Shown: positions 11,360 through 24,394, counted from the stretch's first letter. The stretch: 58,354 nucleotides of DNA from Octopus sinensis (GCF_006345805.1 NW_021833104.1:1-58354); one strand, 5' to 3'. Numbers and translations: made by a program. The notes: a model not told the origin generated them from the sequence alone.

Positions 11360-11680
11360 ATGCTCAGATTTGTATGTTTTATGTATGTATTCTCATGTAT
11401 ATAATTGCATATCTAGACACGCTCATATATTTAAATGATGAACTTGTGGAAAATTTTAGTTTTACAGTTCCAGTTTTGGATTGGATCTGTAGTCTTTGAA
11501 TTAGCTTTCTCCTTCCCGGTTTTGAGAAGGCTAATTTCTCAAGATTAGTGTTTAGGCACTGTGTTACATATCCAATAAACCCAATAATTACAGGTATAAA
11601 CCTGAACTTGTAATCCGGATAGAGTTAGCGCAGATTTATCTATAGTTCAGCATAGGTGCTCTCGTATTTTCAATTTTTTG
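11360..11680 (-). mobile_element. 3' end of an R4/Dong-like RLE LINE with a (TACA)n tail
   Basis: Minus frame ...LYPDYKFRFIPVIIGFIGYVTQCLNTNLEKLAF...LQIQSKTGTVK matches ORF 47665..47958; the 3' UTR runs into (TACA)n. Confidence 0.8.
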
Positions 11681-12045
11681 ATTATTATAAATCTTCCACT
11701 GTGGAGGGAGCCGGTTTCCAGCAAACATACAACGCTTTTTTGTGGGATGTAGTTAACACAGACAAATTCACATCTGGAACTTGGGAAAAGTCTTGCATAT
11801 TTTTACTGTTCCACTCACCGATTGGACTTGTAATGTACGAATCAACCAGCCGGTTTCTCTTTCTGAAAATCCCAGTTAACCCACTTTCTGCTTTGATCAT
11901 TTACTAACAAAACCTAACGCTCTAATTATTATTGGTACGAATATGGATATAGAAGCTGGAGGTTTCGATGCAGTTGTCCATAGATATCCTCCTTTTCTTT
12001 GATTATCAAAGAGATATTAATATTTGCAGGGCAGCTAACCTCTAT
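11681..12045 (-). mobile_element. Second R4/Dong-like RLE LINE 3' fragment
   Basis: Minus strand reads IEVSCPANINISLIIKEKEDIYGQLHRNLQLLYP..., the C-terminal RLE region; its 5' flank is (TACA)n. Confidence 0.75.
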
Positions 12046-12104
12046 GATGTATGTATGTATGTAAGTATGCATTGCTAAACTGCATTTCCCTCTCCAAATC
12101 TATA

Positions 12105-12921
12105 TACGAGGTCTGATCAATAAGTAATCGGAATGTTGACATAGTTACGAAGCTAAAGTCCTCAGAGTAAAGCCGCTTAGTAAAGATTGGCCTTGAACTC
12201 CGTTGTGCATGAGTAATAAGTTTTAACGTTGTAGCTACCTCCGCTGTTTACAGCAGTGCTTGGATGGAAGGTGTGCAGCGTGTTATCGTTGCATTGACCC
12301 TGACAGAAAGTTATTATGGCGATACTTGCTGAGAGACCTACGCAAAGTTGCAGAAAGTGTATTGAGAGGGGTGTATGAGCCGCACACATTTGTACGAGTA
12401 GTTTAGACGTTTCCAAGAAGGCCGAAAAATGTCGATATTGACGAACGTTCCGGGAAATCCGCAACCAGCAGAACTGAGAAAAAGATCACAGATGTGTGTG
12501 CATCTGTGAAGGGAAATTGTTGAATCACCATCCATGAGTTATCAGAGGATGTGCAGATTAAGTACGGTTCATTTCAGTCCGTTATCACCAATAATTTGGG
12601 TATGAGACGCGTGTCTGCCAATTTTATGCCAAAACTCTTTGAAAACTTTGCGCAAGCCGCGGAGCAGGTATCACCAACCTTTTGGCAAAATTTATGCAAA
12701 TTTTCTGCTCAACTTTCTCTGTCATTCCCAGTGCCACGATAACACGCTACACACCTTCCTTCCAATCACTGCTGTAAATAGCGGCAGTGAACCAGAATGT
12801 TAAAACTTAGTGACATGCACGGCAGAGTTCAAGGTCAATCTGTACCAAGTGGCTTTGCTCTGGATCCCTTAGCTTCGTTACTATAGCAACATTTCGGATA
12901 TTTAGTGATGAAACCAAGTGT
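12105..12921 (+). mobile_element. Non-autonomous mariner derivative with ~190-bp inverted arms and a decayed HTH coding relic
   Basis: Starts TACGAGGTCTGATCAATAAG. Internal frame FRRFQEGRKNVDIDERSGK...ITIHELSEDVQIKYGSFQSVITNNLGMRRVSANFMPKL is a mariner transposase N-terminus. 12105-12290 is inverted at ~12677-12921. Confidence 0.8.
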
Positions 12922-13179
12922 GTATGCTTGCAAATGTAGCTATATGATGACGAAACTTCTTTGACAACCATACGCTTCCTAGTTCGATTTTGAAGCGAGA
13001 CACATTGGGGGTTGTATCTTTTAGCACAGTAACGGTTTACCAGTAACTGTACATGTGTGTATGTTAGTGTGTGAACTTGTATGTATATGTTCATGTGTAT
13101 GTGGCCGAAATGAGAGGTTTTCAACATACATTCAATATCTTGGTATTTTCGGAACCGAATTTTAAAATCTAAGTTTTTT

Positions 13180-13267
13180 ATTCACCTGAAGAAAACGCTT
13201 ATATTTTGTAATATAATCAGTTTATTCACTATTAAAAAAACGCACATCAGAAACAGGTGTAGTGAAT
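13180..13267 (+). ncRNA. Hammerhead-like motif (type I) with a disordered stem II
   Basis: ATTCAC-CTGAAGA-[57 nt]-GAAAC-AGGT-GTA^GTGAAT. Stem I is a perfect 6 bp and both core halves are present, but stem II does not close cleanly. Confidence 0.55.
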
Positions 13268-13879
13268 CTTATGCATTTGTATTCTTTCTTTCTTTCTGTC
13301 TTTCTATGTGAGGGCGATAGTACCTTAAGTTTAAGCGCAGTAGTAGGCCCCACACATCACGCTTGTTTCCAGTGTAGTAGAATGCTGGCATCAAACCTCG
13401 AACTACGGTAGTGTTCGGAATACAAACTACGCAGTGGTGATTGTGGATAAGATGATGCAGAGTTTCGATATGCATTTATGTAATCTGAAACCCATAGATG
13501 ATATATGATGCATAAAATAAACATTTTATTAATGATAATATGTACATATATACATATATATGCAGAGAGAAAGAGAGATAGAGATAGATAGATACAGAGA
13601 GAGAGAGAGATTCTTTATTCTTTGCTTGTTGCATCTCTACGGTTTCTATGGTTTGAAGGTCTCCAAGAGATAACTGGCTCAGTTGCTTCTTCCATAGCAA
13701 ACGAAATGTCGAAAGAAATCAAAGACAGATGTAATGATAAAATCTGAAACCGGTGTAATTTGTGAAAATAAACTAAAATAATAAAAAAAACATAGTCTAA
13801 ACGAAACCGTTTTTTAAAGATATGCCAGAATAAATGTTTTTTATATCTTATTTTTCATATTATCATTTAATTGTTTATA

Positions 13880-14070
13880 TTATTGACCTGCAGCCATGCT
13901 GGGGCACCATCTTTGAAGTGATTTCATACAACAATTTGACACCTATTTATTTGTTTTGTTTTCTTATTTATTTTATCTTTTTTTTTGCCAGGCCGTTTGA
14001 TAACAGAGATATAAACAAACCAACACCGGCTGTCACGCGGTGGTTAAGGAACAAAGACAGGCATACAGAC
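13880..14070 (-). mobile_element. Old SINE family B 3' module
   Basis: Diverged match to ...cagccatgctggggcacc...ttttgcc...aaaccaacaccggctgtca. Confidence 0.5.
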
Positions 14071-14089
14071 ACACACACATGCGCACACT

Positions 14090-14168
14090 CAATTATATAT
14101 ACATACAGTTATATATACATATAAAGTCAGGAAGTGTGACAGGTGGAAACAGATTTATCTTTCCATAT
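14090..14168 (+). repeat. Left copy of an ~80-bp direct repeat (candidate long TSD)
   Basis: caattatatatacatacagttatatatacat...gtcaggaagtg(t/c)gacag(g/t)tggaaacagatt(t/c)atctttccatat, repeated at 14454-14537. Confidence 0.8.
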
Positions 14169-14453
14169 CACGTGACTGACCAGATTATCAGATGTCACTA
14201 CACATCGCTGGTCACAATGCGCTTCTCATTGTTTTAGCCATCAAGTGACGTTACCCCGCAGGCTAAGCGAGCAGAAGAAAGAGTGAGAGAAAGATGCGGC
14301 GAAAAACTACCACAGGGATCACCACCACCCACTGCCGTGGAGCTTTAGATGTTTTTGCTCAATAAACACTCACAACGCCCGGTCTAAGAATCGAAACCGC
14401 GATCCTACGACCGCGAGTCCGCTGCCCTAACCACTGGACCTTTGCGCCTCCAC
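14169..14453 (-). mobile_element. tRNA-derived SINE family C
   Basis: Minus head GTGGAGGCGCAAAGGTCCAGTGGTTAGGGCAGCGGACTCGCGG...GGTTTCGATTC (A/B boxes); tail ...CTGGTCAGTCACGTG. Confidence 0.8.
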
Positions 14454-14537
14454 CAATTATATAAATATACATACAGTTATATATACAATATAATGTCAGG
14501 AAGTGCGACAGTTGGAAACAGATTCATCTTTCCATAT
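14454..14537 (+). repeat. Right copy of the ~80-bp direct repeat
   Basis: See 14090-14168. Confidence 0.8.
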
Positions 14538-15221
14538 AACTACCATAAAATTTGTAAGCTTCGAAGTTCGATCACATTCGATAAGCAAAAATTTTACAGT
14601 ATATATGTGCAGGATTACTCACAACAAATGCATATTCACAAATTAATGCAAACGAAGAAATCTATTAAGATCACCGAATCATTATGATTACATTAATTTA
14701 TGAATCACATCTAAATATAAACGCACGCACTTCATCACAATTTCTGTCTACAAAATCTACACTCGCAAAACATGCGTTGGTCCGGGGCGATAGTAAAAGA
14801 TATTTACCCAAACTGCCGTATAGGGACGGAGAGGGGGGTATTGAACATGATATCACGCAATTGCAAAGTGGGGCTTCTTAGCCACACACACAACCATACC
14901 CGCAACATATAAAATAAGTCATAAAAAAAACCTGGATGAAACACATAAACACACATTAAATAAGAGCGGTAACCAACAAGACTAGAAACATCTATTTAAC
15001 ATATAAATCATATCCATGGTATATAAAGTGTAAGAGTTATTATCAAAAACGTGATTGATTCAATGTGGAGGCATTTGAAGACTTTTAAGACACGTATTTA
15101 CGTGCATCTGGATGATTCATTATTGGGTTAAATGAAGTCTAATGACGGAGAGACAGAGCAGCCATACATTATGCAATCTATTCAAAAGCATATACAATAT
15201 TGAGTGTGTAAGCGTGGCGTG

Positions 15222-15254
<33 letters not shown>

Positions 15255-15368
15255 TATATAGGGGGGTGTATGTATGTGTGTGTATATTTTGTATGTATAT
15301 ACATAAATATACATGTATATACAAACATATATATATATATACATACATATATATTGTACATATATATA

Positions 15369-15417
<49 letters not shown>

Positions 15418-15497
15418 TATATACATATATTTATATATAGATAGATACATGTATATACATACACATATACATACACATATATATATATATATATATT

Positions 15498-15541
<44 letters not shown>

Positions 15542-15944
15542 CACATATATAGACGTATGTACATGCACATATGTCTAAAAGCGAATATGCCAATAAAATC
15601 TACTATATATAACACACACCACACACACAAACACACACACACACACAACACACATACGCACATACACACGCACACATTTAGCCAATTCCTTATGTATTAT
15701 TATCTGCAGAGGAAAATATATTACAAAAGCAGTAATTGATTTATTTATGCATTTAGCAGCAAACGGACATTACCCAAAAACTCTACCTGTATAGGAAAAA
15801 TAGATTATCGCATATTCACATACAGAGGTAAGTGTGTTTCTTTAAAAAAGTGTTTTAAGTAAAAAACAAAAAAAAAAAAAAAATTAGAAAGCATTTAGAA
15901 TTTCGATATCAAAATCTAAAGAATTTCTGGTAATTTTATAGTAA

Positions 15945-16108
15945 AGACAAGGAATGGGCGTGTGGATAAGAAGTCTGCCGCATAATCGTGTGGTTTCCGG
16001 TTCCAATCACACTCAGCGGTGACGTAGACAAGTGTCGTCCAATATTGCCTCGCGCCAACCAATGCCTTGTGGGTCCATCTGGTAGTCGAAAACTGTGTAG
16101 AAGCGAGT
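15945..16108 (+). mobile_element. Old SINE family B head
   Basis: Diverged ggaatgggcgtgtggataagaag...gacaagtgtc...gccttgtg...aaaactg...gaagc. Confidence 0.55.
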
Positions 16109-16109
16109 C

Positions 16110-16178
<69 letters not shown>

Positions 16179-16205
16179 CATATATATATATACACATATA
16201 TTTAT

Positions 16206-16373
16206 ATAGGCCATTCGACCACTAGAAAGAGCAGCTAAACTCAAACCGCTAAATAGTTGTAATTCAGAAAACAAAGGAAAATAACATTTACCCACTTATT
16301 TCCTTTGGTTCTGAATTACAACTATTTAGCCGTTTGAGTTTAGCTGCTCTTTCTAGTGGGTCGAATGACCTAT
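16206..16373. mobile_element. MITE-like hairpin with ~80-bp inverted arms and an ~11-nt spacer
   Basis: ataggccattcgaccactagaaagagcagctaaactc...ggaaaataa pairs with ttatttcc...gagtttagctgctctttctagtgggtcgaatgacctat. Confidence 0.8.
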
Positions 16374-16590
16374 CAAGGCCATTCCTTAATATTGTTGAAT
16401 GTATATTATATAGTCTGTTGACTATTTTCTCTTTCTCACTGGACCGCCGGTGGCGAAAAATTTCTCTTTAATTTTTTGCTACCCTGATTTTGATTAATAT
16501 ATATTTATATATATATATGTATGTATGTATGTATGTATGAATGTTTTATGCATGTATGTATGTATAACGGAAGCATGGAACAGCTAAACT

Positions 16591-16697
16591 TACAGCTGTT
16601 TCTGATCCGATCTCTTCGATGACGAGATGCTTGGTTTACGTGAATTTGTTACACATTAAAATGATTCACTTGATCAGCTATTCCAGAAACAGCTGTA
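16591..16697. repeat. Short fold-back with 14-bp arms made of the HHR 3'-half GAAACAGCTGTA
   Basis: TACAGCTGTTTCTG (16591) and CAGAAACAGCTGTA (ending at 16697). Confidence 0.55.
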
Positions 16698-16790
16698 GGA
16701 GACTTTGCTTATGTATTATAACTGTTCTATGTTTTATTTATACTTCATACTTTTACGCCAAATGCTTTGCATTTTTCCATTTTTCATCTA

Positions 16791-16826
<36 letters not shown>

Positions 16827-16827
16827 T

Positions 16828-17030
16828 TCTTGTTTCACTCATTGGGCAGCAGCCATACCAGGGTTCCGCTTTGTAATATTTAGTCGAAAAATTGACCCTA
16901 TTACTTGTTTAGGCTTTTAAGTCTGGCACTCTATCAGTATATTTTGCCGAACCGCTATGTATCGAGGAAGTAAACTAAACAATATGGTTTGTCAAGCAGT
17001 GATAGGAGAAATCCCAAATACAGACACCAA
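16828..17030 (-). mobile_element. Old SINE family B 3' module
   Basis: ttgtttcactcattgggcagcagccat...ttttgccgaaccgct...gtcaagc. Confidence 0.55.
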
Positions 17031-17136
17031 TTCACACATATATGTATGTATATATGTATGCATACATGTACGCAAGCATGTATGCATGCATGTATGTATT
17101 TATGTATGCATATGCGCGCGTATGTGTGAGTGAGTG

Positions 17137-17188
<52 letters not shown>

Positions 17189-17719
17189 TGTATGTTTGTA
17201 TGTATGTATGCATGTATGTATGTGGATAGAAAATGGGATGAATAATATTGAGTATTTAAAATCACAACAATCGTCTCAGCAAATTTTTCTCACACATATT
17301 CCATTGGTGAGATTTTGTGTAATCATCATAATCCATCGAAGGTATTAAATACACCTCAAGTGATTGTTTAAATAAGTCCTCCGTAAGATCCTACTATCAT
17401 TTTATTCCGTATGGGGATGCAAATCCTAAGCAGTGTTAATTTCAGTAGTTTATAGACATAGATGTAGTGACAGTCAAAATACAAATATAATCAAAAAAAA
17501 AAAATACAGAAATAAACAAACAAGGGTCAGGTGGACTATAAATTCCGATTCTAGCGTCGGGGTCAGATTATAAGAAAGAAAGTTAAAAACAGAATGCAGA
17601 ATAAAATTAAGAGTTTAGAGATGAAAACTTGATAAAGTGAAGACTAGCCATTTCTGTATTTATCAACAGTTTCTTTGCTTCTTTGAACATACATACAACA
17701 CCATACATACATACATACA

Positions 17720-17800
17720 TACATGTCTAGATATGCAAATATGTGCATGAGAATACATACATAAAACATACAAATCTGCACATATATAAGATACATACAT
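17720..17800 (+). mobile_element. 3'-UTR stub of the (TACA)n-associated RLE LINE
   Basis: tgtctagatatgcaaatatgtgcatgagaatacatacataaaacatacaaatctg matches the reverse complement of 11365-11420; (CATA)n on both sides. Confidence 0.7.
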
Positions 17801-17831
17801 ATATACATACATACATATAAGCATATATAAA

Positions 17832-18060
17832 CGAGGGCATGGGTTCGTTGTTAAGACGCTCATTTTGTAACCACGTGGTTCAGAGTTCAGTCCCACTGCA
17901 GAGCACTTTGGGCAAGTATCTTCTATTGTAGCCCCAGCCTGAGCAATGACTTGTACTAGGCTTACAAAGAATAAGTCCTGGGAGTGATTTGCTCGACTAA
18001 AGGCGGTACTCCAGCATGGCCACAGTCAAATGACTGAAACAAGCAAAAGGGAATAAAAGA
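17832..18060 (+). mobile_element. SINE family B, internally deleted
   Basis: The head (...gttcagtcccactgc...gggcaagtatcttcta) is joined directly to gtactaggcttacaaagaataagtcctggg...gactgaaacaag. Confidence 0.75.
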
Positions 18061-18217
18061 GGATGCTAAAAACCGCAAATTTAAAATTCCAAGGATCAAC
18101 AAATAAAAGAACGGCAACAGCAACATCCATAAATCCAATCCTTTATTCGCCATGACACTTTAAACCAATTCCGAAAACAACAACAGCAGTTACTCCTCCT
18201 CCTCCTCCTACTACTAC

Positions 18218-18267
<50 letters not shown>

Positions 18268-19140
18268 TAGCAATAAAGATTAGAAAACAAGAACCTTTGG
18301 TGTTAGCAACAACATCATCAAGAAGGATAAAATAAAGCGTAAATACAAATCGTAAAGCATGCTCTATAATCCACAACAACGACAACCAGAAAATCTGTAC
18401 AAATATAAACAGCAAAACATCTAAACCACAATGGCAAACATCAACAACAACGGCAGCAATAAAATATCCCCACAAGTTGTACATAATAACACTGTTTGGT
18501 GTCTAATTCAACAAAACCGCAACGTAGAAGAAATAAGAGCGCTGTCACAATTTTATGTTGTTTATGTGGCGGCCATTTTGTTCCAGCACCGTGTTTCGCT
18601 TTCTTTCCGCCATTAAAAGTGTCAATGGACGCTCATAGCTACAGTTTATGTCTCTGTCAACACGCTGGCATACACGAACATAAATACATGCATTCATACG
18701 TAGAAAGCCATTCACGTACATAAGTAAATGTATTGTACACTCTCATATAAGGAAACGAGCTAGTTCTTACGTACATTTCCAGTATGTTCGATTATAAACT
18801 TTAACTTTGCTTTCACGTACGCACATTTACAGACAAACGCGCATTCATACACAAAGATACGCACATACGTGTCCACACATGCGTATGTATATAGTTATAT
18901 TTGTATGCGTGTATGTGTATATACACATATGAGCATACATATACACCCACATATTTATATACATACGGACATACATACGAACATACGTACGAACATACAT
19001 ACATACATATATATGTATATATATATATACACATACATGAATGAATGTGTAAACGAAAGGAAGAGGCAATCAACACATTTAGTAGAAGTTACATATATTA
19101 TTTAAAACAGTTAAATGGAATCGAATCAAACTGTTTTCAG

Positions 19141-19192
<52 letters not shown>

Positions 19193-19239
19193 TGATGATG
19201 ATGATGATGATGAAGATTATGATATATATATATATGTAC

Positions 19240-19273
<34 letters not shown>

Positions 19274-19330
19274 ACATGTATACATATATATTTGCTAAAT
19301 ATATATGTTAAATATACATATTATATATAT

Positions 19331-19414
<84 letters not shown>

Positions 19415-19918
19415 CACTCTGTTGACTTTGTGTGTTCAAACGTATTCATGCCAATACATATACACGTACATTTAACACTTCATAGTTATGCAAACGCCAC
19501 ATTCATACCCTTACTTATGCAAACGCACACACATGGACATTTGAGACGCCTTCTTATTTTTTACACAACTCAAACACACCCATCCACCGTGCTGCCACAA
19601 ACCGCACACGATGTCTTTTTTTTTTTTTTTTGAAATACACGATAGAATATCTTACTCCTAATTATAAACTCTTTGTATAAATAGTGATGTCTCATAAACT
19701 ATGTCATAACATTAGCAGGTGGTTTGTAGGCTTAATTAGACCGTCACCAGCACTGGATCGGTTATCTTGTGAAAGAATGGCGAATTGGTAAAATGGCAAC
19801 GCTAAATTCGACAGGATTTGAACTCAGACCTATAGGAGTCTCGTAACATTAAACTACAACGTATTTTATCCGACATACTACAGACTGGTGTGCCTGTATA
19901 ATAATAATGATGATGATG

Positions 19919-19975
<57 letters not shown>

Positions 19976-19977
19976 TC

Positions 19978-20014
<37 letters not shown>

Positions 20015-20021
20015 TCAATAC

Positions 20022-20074
<53 letters not shown>

Positions 20075-20076
<2 letters not shown>

Positions 20077-22330
20077 CAGAAAGATTAATAACATTGAGAA
20101 ACCTGCCGCTGAGGAAAGCTGGAGGTTTTTTAGTGACATCTAGGATAACGGAATGAAGTGCAGTGAAACAGGTCCACATAAGTATAACTAATGAAATGGA
20201 GACCGAGAAGACAACAATGGTTCCAAACTAGAAATATCCTGGCCCTGATGGGGTACAAGCATCCTGGCTGAAAAATTTCTCAGTATTATACGAAAGAACA
20301 GCTGCGCAAATAGACGAAACGATAAACAACCGCTTGGAAATCCCGAAGTAGATGACCACGAGGAAAACGGTTCTTTGCCAAAAGGAGCCCGGTAAAGGTA
20401 ATACCTCGGTTAACTAACGGCTAGTTTCCAACATAGAGTAATATCTAACTGTGTATATGATTTTCTTGTAATGAATAACAACCGACCATTGGAACAAAAT
20501 AGATGCGAGGGACCAAAGATAAACTTCTGATAGAAAGATTGGTACTGAATGACTGTAAAAAGAAGACATACTAATCTAGGTATGGTGTGGATCGATTATA
20601 AGAAAACTTATGGCATGGTCCACTATTCCTGGATATTAAAAAGTCTTGAGTTGAATTTTATACCAATGAAGATCTGGAATATCGAGTTAACATCTTGTAA
20701 AGAATTTGTGGCGAAGGTTAACATCAGGAGAGGCATATTTCAAGGAGATAGTCTGTTGCCATTGCTGTTTGCGATTTATATGATACCCGTCATGCAGATA
20801 GTACAGAAACTGACATTGGGGTACACCTTGAAAATTGGATAAAATTTGAAACATCTGTTCTTTATGGATGACTTAAAGATTTTCGGTAAGCCCGAACGTG
20901 AAATAAATGGCCTGGTTTCAACAACGTAGATGTTCAGCTAAGGATATCGGGATGGAATTTGGGATCAAAAAGTGTAGTATGCTTATCATTAAACATGGCA
21001 AACTAGTGCCATCTGATGGTGTAGAATTGCCCAAATGCGAGAGAATTAAGGCTGTTGAGGTGGATGGATTTTGTAGTATTACAAAATTAAGGTGTTAGAT
21101 GAAGGAAAGCTTTAGGCAAAAAATCTCAGGAGAACCAAATTGATTATGGAGAGTACATTCAATGGAAAGAACAAGGTCAGGGTAATGAATACATGGGCTG
21201 TCTATTTAATGCGATATGGTGCAGGTGTTAGTAGATGGACAAAAAATGAGTTTGAGGAAATGGATAGAAACACCTGGAAAGTGATGACAACGAACAAGGA
21301 ACTGCACACTAAAAGCGATCTCGATAGAGTGTATGTACCCAGAAACAAAGGAAGAAGAGGTTACGTTGGATGCAAGATCTGTGTTATCAATGAAGACTGT
21401 CTGAGATGGTACGTCAATCAGCAGATTGAATCTCGTGAAAATATGACATACCCTAAAACATTCAAGAAACAAGATGGGGGAATAAAAAGACTGAACAACT
21501 GGTAAATGAATGCGATACATGGGCAATACTTTAGCGAAAGGTAAAGACAAGACCAACACCTGGAGGTAATTAAAAAAAAGTGATCTGAAAGGATGCTCTG
21601 AAGCATTGATATGCAGAGCTAAGGAACAAGCTCTGAAAACTAATTGCACCATGTTACAAATAGATATGTAGTGAATCTTCCTTTCTTAGGATGTGTGGAA
21701 TCAAAAATGAAACAGTCTCACATATTGTGAGTGAGTAAAGCAAATTGGACCAAAACAAATACAAAATGAGGCATGATAAAGTAGCTAAGTATGTCCATTG
21801 GATATTGTGTGAGAAGTACTCTCTTCAAAGGACATTAAAATTGTATGAGCATAAACCAGATGTTTATGATCTCTTGGGATTTTACAATCTAGTCTGATAC
21901 AGCGATTGATACTCGGAAACCAGACATTTCTGTAGTTGATAATATGATGAAGGAAACCAAGATCATACACATTGCCTTACCTTGAGATGTATGAGGAAAT
22001 GAAAAAGAACTAGAAAAGATTAAAAAGTACAAACCGCTAATTGGTGAAATTGCACGGTTGGGAGCAATAAAGAAAGCCAGTGTCATCCCAGGAGCAGTAG
22101 GAGTACTGGGGGCATTAGCAACTAGATTTGAGCAATCTGTTAGAAAAATTGGGATTTACACGTGCGTAAAACATACTCAGAAAGCTCTTTTATTGAGGAC
22201 AGCAAGGATTTCGAGATCGGTCCTTGGATGTCAAGTATCGTTCATCTTCTCTCTGTGTTCTCTCCGAATATCCGACTTGCCGTATTTTGTAAGAATCTGT
22301 TATCAAAGAAACGTAACTCCAACTAAATAA
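20075..22330 (+). mobile_element. Decayed R4/Dong-clade non-LTR retrotransposon (RT, CCHC knuckle, RLE)
   Basis: RT motifs WIDYKK, RGIFQGDSL.PLLF, FMDDLK and DIGMEFGIKKC; knuckle CG...ETVSHIVSE; RLE RKPDISVVD; C-terminal LLRTARI. Many stops and frameshifts. The 5' flank is (TAA)n. Confidence 0.9.
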
Positions 22331-22694
22331 ATGTGTTGAGCATTAAATTCTACTTTATTTTGTTTGTCCACCCAGTATGCTGAACACACACACAAACGCA
22401 TATGCACGCCTCTATGTGTGTGTTTGTGTGTGGTGGGGTGTAACTGTTTGTGTGCGCGTGTCGGATTTGGAACATATATAATTCAGCCGGCCATGTACTC
22501 TTTTCTTTGAACGTAATTTTTGCACATTCTTTTCTTTATATATACATATACATATATAAATGTGTGTTTATATGTTCTGTTTATAAGTACAACTACGAAC
22601 TGTGTATTAGTGTAAGACATTCGTTTGCAACACTCTGTTTCGTGTGTGACTGTATATGTATATGCGTATGTAGCTTCCGTACATGTGATGAATG

Positions 22695-22729
<35 letters not shown>

Positions 22730-22758
22730 TGAAATGTGTTTGATTGTCTAGAGGATTA

Positions 22759-22789
<31 letters not shown>

Positions 22790-23340
22790 ACGTGTGTGTC
22801 TGCACATATGTTTACCTGTCTATGTTTGTCTCGCAGACTATATATATACACACACACACATATATATATATGCATACATATACACACATATATATATATA
22901 TACATGCATACATAGGTACGTATATATATATTATATGTGTGTGTGTTTATTTGTGTTAATATGTGTGTGCGATTGCATTCTGATTTAGGTGACATTCTTG
23001 TAATAAAACTGTTGGTTCGTGACATTTTTACGATCAGCTGATGATAGATTATCTCAATGATTTATCCCTATCACTCTCACACTATTCACTCCATCCTCTC
23101 GTTCTTTCGCTCTCTATGTATGTATTTCTCTCTCTTCTTGTACTTGGATGAGTTTCTCTTTTTTCTCTGTCTGTCTGTCTGTCTCTCTCTCTATTTCTAT
23201 CTCTCTTTATCTCTCCATCTATCTTCCTATCCTCTAGTAATACATTTTTCAATTCGCCTCCTCCTATCTGACGCAAGCACAAACACACACACACATACAC
23301 ACAAATATGTAGATATATACATTCATTCATATACAGACTT

Positions 23341-23381
<41 letters not shown>

Positions 23382-23384
23382 CAT

Positions 23385-23457
<73 letters not shown>

Positions 23458-23470
23458 ATATATATAATAC

Positions 23471-23501
<31 letters not shown>

Positions 23502-24030
23502 CACCACACACATATATATATATATATATTATATATGTATGTATTTAGTAAGAAATCTTGTGTTCAGCTGTCGCGTTGGAAACAAAATATCGTTGTATTT
23601 TGGGCGAGTCACCATGGGTGAATAATAAATCGCGAACACTAATTATTATTATTATCATTATTATTATTATTATTCGTAGTATTAGTATTAGCTTTATAAC
23701 TACAACTACTGAGTTATGACTTCCTTCAAATCCAAATTATATAATGACAGACATCGGTCATTATCTATATATATTTGCGTCAATGTCTATGTGTATGTGT
23801 GCGTGCCTATGTATAAGTGTGTATATGTGTTTATGCAAGTATGTGTGTTTGTGTGTGCTAAAGTTACTTTCTTTTTCCTTTCCATTTGTTTGATTTCCAA
23901 CGTTTGTTTCATATATAACACTTGATTAACACTTGATACTCTCTGATACACTTGAGGTAGCGTGTCAGCGACCAGGTCGAGGATATATACAAAACATTTT
24001 GATACATTATATAAACTGTTCTGTCAAAAT

Positions 24031-24085
<55 letters not shown>

Positions 24086-24117
24086 GAATAAGAAGAATAA
24101 GAAGAAGAAGAAGAAGA

Positions 24118-24355
24118 AGAAGTGCAAAAGATTGTCTTAACTGGTACATCACACGTATTGAGAAGAGCATTGTCGATGTGAGAACTGTTGCTGCTCATGT
24201 ATTTTAATTTAACTTAATTTAAAAAAAAAAAAATGAATGAACTACTGAGTTTGGTTTAATGGCCTACCAATGTATACTATGAGTTTCTTTGCCCTAGGAG
24301 TCGGGAAGACACTCGGCAAGAAATGGAAGCAAATTTGAAAGAAGAAAAAAAAATG

Positions 24356-24357
<2 letters not shown>
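24118..24357 (+). mobile_element. Dong-like LINE 3' stub in (TAA)n
   Basis: EVQKIVLTGTSHVLRRALSM* plus a 3' UTR ending gaagcaaatttgaaagaag, then (TAA)n. Confidence 0.75.

Positions 24358-24391
<34 letters not shown>

Positions 24392-24394
<3 letters not shown>

Noticed and set aside
23038-23044. Isolated CTGATGA
   Set aside because: No GAAAC or pairing stems downstream.
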